Shown here: piece after piece, positions 55,310 through 64,000 of the stretch
Layout of the letters: the number at the start of each line of letters is the position of its first letter
Numbering within the stretch: position 1 is the first letter of the stretch
From: Octopus vulgaris
Taxonomy: Eukaryota
Reading direction: 5' to 3'
DNA length: 64,000 nt
NCBI GenBank assembly: GCA_951406725.2
Contig: OX597816.1
Location: 82,770,001-82,834,000, forward strand
The notes under the pieces: generated by a model
Database searches by the model: none
The model's input: the letters and a program-made list of their open reading frames with translations, nothing else
Told to the model about the DNA's origin: nothing
Program-made: the position numbers and the translations under genes

Positions 55310-55960
55310 TATATATAAATATATATATATAAATATATATATATAAATATGTGTGTGTGTGTGTTTGTTTTAAGTATTTATGTATGGTGTTGTATATATG
55401 TGGTCTATGGTATTCGGTAGTTTATTGCTAAGAATGAGATGCTTCTGTTGTTGTGGTTGAGTATTTGCGGATGCTGGATGTGTGGTTGTCATGCAGAGTG
55501 AGTGTGTTTATGAATGAGGGTTGTATGTGTGTGTGTGGGAGTACGAATAAGTAATGTGTTTAAGTATACGGCTACTTTATTAATTTATCATTGCCTAGAT
55601 GTTTATGTGTATGTATAGAGATATATATACGGGTGTGTGAGTTAGTGTATGTATTTAGATTTGTTTATATATATACTTAGATATATGTGTATGAGCATGT
55701 GTGTTTATATATTTTATTTTATTTTTGTTTTTTGAAATTAGATTATTCATCTTTAAATATGAGAACTTAAATACTAGGTTTCTTTATATTCAATTGTTTA
55801 TAGAGGTTAATTTAGTTCTTGATTATATATAGATTATATATAGATTATATATAGATTATATATATATATATATATTTTCATTGATAAATTTATATTATTT
55901 ATAGTTTTAGTCATTTTAAATTTATATCTTAAAAATATTGATTATTTTTAGACCTGAAAT

Positions 55961-56006
55961 CCACCTGATGAATGTCCTGAGAAGAGACATGAAACAATTG
56001 TAGTGG
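55961..56006 (+). ncRNA. Canonical type I hammerhead motif
   Basis: CCAC CTGATGA ATGTC-loop-GACAT GAAA CAATTG TA GTGG; stems I and II perfect, stem III palindromic. Confidence 0.82.
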
Positions 56007-56117
56007 CGAATATAATTTTATTTAATTTATATTAACATTTTTTTATGTATTGGATTAAATCTTTCTTTGTTTGATTTGCAAAATAGTGGTTTTGTCTCTA
56101 ATTAATATTATATATAT

Positions 56118-56190
<73 letters not shown>

Positions 56191-56287
56191 TTAGAGACAA
56201 AACCACTATTATGCAAATCAAACAAAGACTTAATCCAATACATAAAATTTTTTATATAAATTAAGATATCCAAAGAAGGTCTTGTAA

Positions 56288-56332
56288 CACCTGATGAATG
56301 TCCATAGAAGTGACAAGAAACGATCGTAGTGG
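56288..56332 (+). ncRNA. Type I hammerhead motif
   Basis: Inverted copy of 55013-55057. Confidence 0.7.
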
Positions 56333-56365
56333 ATGTCTTAATTATATTTAATTTATATAAATATA

Positions 56366-56700
56366 TACGGGGTGATATCAAAAAGTTCCCGGACTAGTTA
56401 TGATTAATAAAAAAAATATAACTTATATACCTAAGTTTTAACACCATCACTTTCGAAATAGTCACCTTGCGCAGCAATACACCAGTCCCAGCGTTCCTGC
56501 CACTTTTGGAATCCGGCCTGGAAGTCGTTTTCCGTAAGCGAATCGAGGACCTTCTGTGAGTCACTCTGGATCTCGACAGCGGTGTTAAAATGGCGATGTT
56601 TGAGCTGCCTCTTCATCTTGAGGAATAGAAGGCAGTCCGCAGGTTCTAAATCTAGCGAATTGGGCAGGTGTGGAAGCGACACCATGTCGCTTTTGGTGAG
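56366..56700 (-). mobile_element. mariner transposase 3' fragment + terminal repeat
   Basis: LPHLPNSLDLEPADCLLFLKMK..KWQERWDWCIAAQGDYFE (YSPDLAP.D region); TA-CGGGGTGATATCAAAAAGTTCCCGGACT end. Confidence 0.8.
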
Positions 56701-57166
56701 TTTCTCACGAGTGAGGAGAGCATCTTTGACAATTATGTGACGTATGTGGATGGAACGAAGTCTATTGCATTACAAAGTTAATGAAACTAAGAACAGATAT
56801 AACTGTCGTGAAAATATGATACAACCAGGCAAGGATTCGGATATATGCTTACTGGAAATGTATCAATTCAAATTTTAATGATCCGAAGGGTGCTCAGATT
56901 TATAACTCAACTTTAAAGCAAACTCGTACATCCATTGTTTTAATTCTGTGTATATACCTACCAGGAAGGAAGGTAACTGCTGCAACACTTGAAATGGAAC
57001 CTGTTTAAACTTGAGAGATAGAAAGTATTATACAAGCCGGCATTTGCTTCAATATTAAAATTATATGGCACATTTCATAACGAACATGTATGACGAACGG
57101 ATCTTTTCCTTTTGATAGACAGAATTCAACACAATTTCTAGTTAACTAAACAATTTGAAACTTCGT

Positions 57167-57526
57167 AATTCGTTTGTTTAATGTAGTTTAATTTTTCGAA
57201 TTTTAACCAATCCTATGCTCTCTTTTGAGCTGAAATCATTTGCTGCGTTATCGATATTTATAAACAAACGAGGAGGGTTGTGTTGGCATGTGCTAGAAAT
57301 AACAGCCATATCTCTTAAATATCAAAAGGAAAAGATCCCACACGCATACAAACACTTGCATATACAAGCGCGCCTGTATATAGAAGTAAATATACATACA
57401 CACGCACACATGCACACACAGACAAGTATACATATACATACACAAAGATACATGCTTATACGCATATACGCACGCCGCATACACACACACAAACACATAT
57501 ATTCAGATACATACACACGTAGACTT

Positions 57527-57572
<46 letters not shown>

Positions 57573-57575
57573 TCA

Positions 57576-57610
<35 letters not shown>

Positions 57611-58341
57611 ACATGCATATACATTTGCACAAGAACATAGTAATTAATATATAAGCGTACACACACATACAAACGTACACACACATACAAACGGAGATAT
57701 ACATACACACACATACGCACACAAGCATACATACACGTTCGTGAGTTCGCACTGGTGTCGATAGAATCGACTTAATACTTTTGTCTCTCATGCTTTGGCC
57801 CCTCTGTGTTTTGCCCCTTGCCGGAACAAGTTTACACAAAAGGTAAATAAACCAGAAATGGGGGATCAATGTTTCATCGTTTCGGGGTCGATAAATTAAG
57901 TACCAATTACGCACTGGTGTCGAGGATTTTTCCCCCAATTTATATCACAGCCACCGACAAGCTGGGGCATCCTTTTATGAAAAAATATTTCGCAAATTTT
58001 TTCAATACGACCCACACTCCACGCGCAACCTCATATCCCACTCTAGACCGATTTAGGCATATTATTGTTTTGTTTTTGTTGTTTTTGGCCCTTCAAAACC
58101 ATGGGAGAAGCCTTTTTGGTAAAAAAAAAAATAAAGAAAATATTTAAAAACTGTCGTTAATATTTTTATTGGGCGACGAAATTCATCGATTTAAGAGATA
58201 TGGCTGTTATTTCTAGTACATGCCAACACAACCCTCCTCGTTTGTTTATCAATATCGATAACGCAGCAAATGATTTCAGCTCAAAAGAGAGCATAGGATT
58301 GGTTAAAATTCGAAAAATTAAATACGTTAAACAAACGAATT
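57167..58341. repeat. ~155-bp inverted repeat with ~870-bp spacer
   Basis: 57167-57321 is the reverse complement of 58189-58341. Confidence 0.88.
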
Positions 58342-59018
58342 ATGGTCTTGGTGATAAATAAAACCTGTGAATGCAAGATATATAGGTAAAGGTCAACGTT
58401 CGTGACCTTTTGACGTGTGGTGACCTTTTTACAGAATAAATTCGCTTATCACTTGCATGAACTTGTTGATCTTGACCAAGCAATCATTTTAAGCGGTCAT
58501 TTGAAATATTTTGGTGAATAGTTGAAAAGTCAGAGCTGTTTGAATTTTCCATGCTTCTAATTTTCTGCCTCCAGCTGTAAAAGTTGGCGTGATATCTTCC
58601 ATCCCAGTTTTTTTTGCTAGCAACATTAATTTTCTGACTTGTTAGACCCAGGGCAACATGAAAATAACCAATAAAGTAAATCACAAGGGTGGTGCACTAT
58701 GACCACCCCATCCACTAACCCATGGCCTATATTGTATAATAATTGTGTTACATTCACTTAGTTATTCTTAATTATTCGTAAATGTCTTTTAGTTTTGAAT
58801 AATTTCGCTTATCCGAGCAACGCTAGATAAGCGAAATTATGAGAAACTAATAACTGTTAGTTTTGAATAATTTACTACTGATCTCCAAATTTGTATTGTT
58901 AAATGATTTACTAAGATTATCTGCTTATTTCTATACAAGAATTAACATATAAAGAGTTGTAGAAAATTGTTATTATGATGTCTTTCTCTAAAACATAATT
59001 GACATAAATGAAGCTTAC

Positions 59019-59231
59019 CCATGTTCGTGTTCTGCAAATGTGAAACGTTATCCTGTTGCTTATTTGTGCAATATATTTTAGATTCTGACCATGTTTCATT
59101 TTCACACTGAAGTGTTTCGTTCTCGACGGTTCCAAAAAAATCTTCCTCACAAGTTACCGTAACACTGTTTTCACCCGCCTTTTTAGTAATCGCATTTGAT
59201 ATGTTTGGCAGATTCTTGCAAGGATCTGTTT
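59019..59231 (-). CDS. Sushi/CCP-like exon 1 + linker
   Basis: tttattgcag|AA...ATG G|GTAAGC, 213 nt, phase 1-1; ETDPCKNLPNISNA..VTVTCEEDFFG..LQCENETWSESKIYC (4 Cys + Trp). Confidence 0.85.
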
Positions 59232-60077
59232 CTGCAATAAACGAGAGCATTGTACATTTGTAAACAGCAATTTGAGATTGAAAAATAATAATGAATTCAT
59301 TGCCTAAATGAATTTCTTGTTTACTTGGTAAACGCACTACGTTAAAAAGGACTCACGTCTTCTCTCAAAATATGTTAAAAACATTTAGCTGCAATGTTGA
59401 TCTCTCTGGAAGCATTTCGTGTTTCATTTCAGATGTGTCAGCAACTTGGCTACGCTGAGTTAGAATCCTGATTGAAGGATATGTGTGCAAAGGCTTATAA
59501 AGCAGAAGTTAAAACGAACTTGGAGAGGCACTACTAAAGAGTTGACTTCACGACATGTCAACAGAATACACCCAAGACAGCTATAAAAATACAAGCAAGA
59601 TGTCGAACCCTGTAAGCTAACGAAACACTTAAGAGGGAACCTTTACGTGTTGGCTCAGGTTACAAGAAATAGCAGCCAAATTTCCCTGAGTTCCTTGCTG
59701 AAAAATAATCCACATTGAATAATGTGATCTAGAGTTACATAGTGTCTGAGAAGATGGTGGGAATGTCCTTTTCCGTATGTCCACTCGATCTGGGCTAAGG
59801 GCTGCATTGGATCTAAACAACAATAAAGAAGCACTCAACAATGTTCTTTTGCTTTGTATTTACAACCGTGAATCACGCCTAGAGTGTGGGTAGCAGCTAT
59901 CAGTTTTCTCGGGTTTCATAAACATATAGTTAGAAAATCATCTGAGAATTATTTTAGGAGACGAACTCATCACAATGCATCTCATAAAACGATATGGATC
60001 TCTGATCAGTCATATAAATCGCTACACTCAATACAGCAATCAACTTTTTTCTTCTTCATTCACCCTAGAAAACTTAC

Positions 60078-60239
60078 CCAACCAGTTTATTTTAGATTCT
60101 GTTCGTCTTCCATTTTCACAGGAAATTTCTTCCCTTTTTTTAATTCCACTACAACGGTTCAGGTAACTTACTTCAAAAACGCTACTGTTCAGCTCTTTAA
60201 CAATTGCATTCAACACAGATAATTTGCTATAACACAGAT
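60078..60239 (-). pseudogene. Degenerate Sushi/CCP exon (probable pseudoexon)
   Basis: DLCYSKLSVLNAIVKELNSSVFEVSYLNRCSGIKKREEISCENGRRTESKINWLG|GTAAGT aligns to the other CCP exons, but Cys2, Trp and Cys4 are lost; in-frame TAG just upstream and no good phase-1 acceptor. Confidence 0.65.
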
Positions 60240-63200
60240 CTCTCTAGTCTCTTCTGTTGACCTTAAGATCGTTAGTTGGCGTCAAAACATTGAGCATGAA
60301 GCTTTACTTTATTTACGACTAGTCAATAAAAATAGCAGGTAATCTCCCAAATATTACCACTACAGAAAACTTATTTTGTCTCAGAATTCTAAATACGATT
60401 TTCCAATAATCACAGAGCTCATACCTGTATTATACGGAAAACCCATGTCACTCTTATGAGTTATTAAACAAAAATGATTTCCCCATATTTCTTAATGATA
60501 AAAAAACAACCAAAAACTCATGCAATAATTTATTTCGAAAGTAATGACAAAAACTGTTTTTTAATAAAATAAAATTAAAAAGAAAATGTTTAAAAAGAGA
60601 TTTTATCATAGGTAAACACAGGCATTAATCCTAGATGTGTTATGTCAAAAGAAAAAAAAAGGCAAGACGGTTACGGTTGGAAAGCTTTCGGTCACGATTA
60701 GAAACCCATTTTGCGAAATCTTGCAATCATCGGCAACTCTTAGACCAATATATCTTCCTTTATCGAGGACATCTATCCCACTCCAATCGCTCTCCGAAGT
60801 CATCTTCCTCAATGATTTCAATGTCTACAATTATTCTTGGATCACACATTCATCCCATACTCGATGTTGTTAGTGTACAAACCAAATACTTCACAATTCT
60901 CAACTTTATACAATTAATTTTGTTCCCTACATTCATCCATGACCAAATACCCTTGATCCCTTGCTGTGAAGTCTTGGTCATCACGAACTTATTACGACTG
61001 TGGGATAAACTTTCTGTAACTTCTTGACGGTTGCATAACTCGCTGCTATTCGTAAAGGACCGATGGATCACGCAGTCTGTATTTGTACTGAAAATGGAGA
61101 TTGAACGAGCTTTTACTCCTTGGCTCAACATGTGGTTTTTGTTGACATTGAACTCGCTTTGTGATGCCTGCGTCATCGTTTGGTAGACGTACTGCTTCGC
61201 TCAAACTCTCCGGTCACTGTTTCCAACCAAGAGTCGTGCATCGGTTGCATTGGAGCCTGTGAAAGCACATGGCATGCAGTACATGCTTTGTACCAGATAT
61301 TAAAAAAAAAACCTGTTCGATGACGGTTCAATTCCATTCCTACGGAATGTACGAAGAAACTTTTCTAGTGACGGGTTTTCGTCGACTCCGAGGCGCCTAA
61401 TATTCGACAAGCAACATTTTTAAAAACAAAGAATGCAACGGTCTTGTGTTCTCTTGCAATGTAATTACTACCATGTACCCTCATAAAACCGAGCTGGTAC
61501 TTGTATTATCAAGCTCCGCAAGGATGAAAGGCAAAGTAGGATCAGTCAGAATTTGAACTCAGAAATAATTACGAATACTGCAGTTTGTTAATCTGTCGCT
61601 TTACCACTTCAGCCGTCCTCATTCTAGTGAATAGAACACTGATTTCTCATGTTGGTATACAGGTTCACATTTTAGCGGTGGGAATAGTTGACTATGTTAA
61701 TTGTAGTTATTGTCTGATATTTATATTATTGACCCTGGAAGGGTGACCGGAAAAGTTACCCCGCCAGGATTTGAAATCAAAATGTCAAAGGCCGTAATTA
61801 AATATAGCAAAGAATTTTGTCTGACACTCAAGCGATTCTTTCATTCAACCGATATCTCAAAGTATTGCTTACTCATATTGACCAAAATTGTCATTTAGTA
61901 AACTGCATAAACATGATATTTTATTGGCCCAACACAGTGGAATGAAAAGAAAATTTGATTCATGTTATATTTGAACTTAAAACATATTAATTCTAGATAA
62001 CCTTCAAAAACTTGTTACAATTTTGTTATTGAGTTTGTCAAAAGTTTATAGGCTCAGAAGGCCGGAACCGATCCTAATCCCAGTTTCTATTGCTTATAAA
62101 CGACCAAGAATACAGAACTCCCTCCTGAACCTGATATATGTCCGTCGCATAGTTAACCCTCAGCTGTAGAACATATTCAACTGACTGAACTGCAACAACG
62201 GGAAATAAAGTGCTTTATCTCAACAACACAACAAGCAACTCAGGCCTGGAATTGAAACTTCATCTTTACGATCTCGAGCTCAACACCCTTAACCACTAGA
62301 CCACGCGCCTCTATATTTTGTTATGCACAAGTATAGTTGATGGTTTCTGATTTAGTCATAAGGCCATCAATTTTGATAGTAGGGTAGGGGAATAGTCGAT
62401 AATATTGACTCCTCTAATCTATTAGTACTTTGTTGAATCGATCTCAAAAGATTAAAGGCAACGGTGAAAGAGTCGGAACAAAAAAAACAAAACAAAAACA
62501 AAAAGCATTAAGTATTTTGTCCAATGCTTTAATGATACTACCAGGTTGCGCAAAAATATGATAATTTACAAGTTAAGCACAAATCCAGCAATCTTGAGGT
62601 AAGAGAGGTTGTTGATACTATAAAAACTAATACTTGACTACTACCCTCCGCAAAGATGAAAGACAAAAAAAAAAAAAAATCCGATTCCATGGGATTTTAA
62701 CTCAGAACGTGAAAAACCGGACACACTAACGTTACTACATGCTTGCCACCTTATATACTAATATAATTAACTAAACAAGGTTAGGGGGTGGACTGGCAGA
62801 TTCGTTAGTATGCTAGGAAAAATGCTTAGCGGCATTTCGCCCATTTTTGCGTTCTGAGTTCAAATTCTGCTGAGGTCGACTTTGCCTTTCATTCTTTCGG
62901 AAACCAATAAAATGGGTACCAATTTAGCACTGGGATCGATCTAATCGACTCTGCTCCTCCACCGAAATTGCTGGCCTTGTGCCAAAATTTTAAACCATTT
63001 AATAAATAAATCAATAGTTTTTCTTTACATATTTTTTCTAATTTTCTAAACTTCAAAAACTTAAAAAAACCAAACTTTCCTTACGAAGTGGACCAGTAGT
63101 TTTTTTGGCTTGATTTGCGATGAAGGTAAAAATACTGTTCAAATTTTGGCACAAGGTCAGCAATTTCGGGGGTGGGGTAAGCCGATTACATCGACCTCAA

Positions 63201-63846
63201 TACTCAACTGGTACTTATTTTATCGACCCGAAAGGATGAAATGCTAAGTCAACCTCGGCGAAATTTGAACGCAGAACGTAAAGACGGACGAAATACTGCT
63301 AAACGTTTTGCCCGGCGTGCTTACAATTCTGCCAGCTTGAAAGTAAAAATATTGAAAACTACTAACAATCTAGGGGCTCATTGTCTCGAATAGAGAAATT
63401 TTCGTAGCTCCGACGTATCCCCATATGTCGTTCATTAATGAAGATGAAAAAGCAACATGACACCCTCTTTGTCAGGGTGGTGAAAATGTTTAATGTCCCG
63501 ACCGACTTACAAATACATTACAACATCTGGCGAAACATCTATACCGAGAACAGTAAATCTTTAAATTTGTACATTATTGCTGTTTCAGTTTTAAGGCTTA
63601 AAACATTTTTTGGGCATGGCATTCTAGAGACTGCGACAACAAGAAGTTTAATGTTTGCGTATGGGTGAAATTTCGCTTGTGAACGAGGAGTTTCTCCCTA
63701 CTACTTTACGTGGTTGCTCAACCTGCTAAAAATAACAGAGCCAAAATCTCACTCATTTCATGCTCTACCATTTTGAATAAGAAAAAGACATATGGCATAA
63801 GATAATCTGAAGTATGTTGTTGACATTAAAAGTAAAATGGTCTTAC

Positions 63847-63907
63847 CTGCATAAATCGAAGTAAATACTGTGATTATATATATCACTCCCCAAATTTTCT
63901 GGATCAT
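63847..63907 (-). CDS. First coding exon (signal peptide) of secreted Sushi/CCP-repeat + PAN protein
   Basis: CCAAGG-ATG start; MIQKIWGVIYIITVFTSIYA+G (Lys, hydrophobic core, ends in Ala); strong donor CAG|GTAAGA; 61 nt, phase 1, matching the downstream exons. Confidence 0.75.
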
Positions 63908-64000
63908 CCTTGGTCTTTTTTGAAAGAATTAATTCGTGTTATTTTTGTCTTCTTCGTATATGTATATATACTTTTCTTTTGCAAAGGAAATATTTAGTAT

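Noticed and set aside
60690-61440. Possible chromodomain/TE remnant (VKYLV..) on the minus strand
   Set aside because: Too degenerate to support

Overview
AT-rich, microsatellite-dense eukaryotic DNA. The SINE families and repeat landscape suggest an octopus (coleoid cephalopod) genome; this is an inference. One host gene on the minus strand spans most of the window: a signal-peptide exon (63847-63907), five phase-1 Sushi/CCP-like exons plus one degenerate copy, two probable microexons and a PAN/Apple exon (11976-12227). Its 3' end is not resolved. The introns and downstream region hold an intact single-ORF CR1-group LINE with an N-terminal Myb/SANT-like domain and an out-of-frame CCCH finger, an inverted 5' copy of it, and a sister-family fragment. 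Also present are RTE, R4/Dong, CRE, Penelope, Gypsy, Tc1/mariner, Helitron and piggyBac-type elements and several SINEs. The most striking signal is about a dozen type I hammerhead-ribozyme motifs from several unrelated families. Many sit in fold-back palindromes beside (TA)n tracts, with palindromic stem III and non-canonical cores (G3:C8 swap, U4C, A6U). All calls are by eye; no database search or folding was run.
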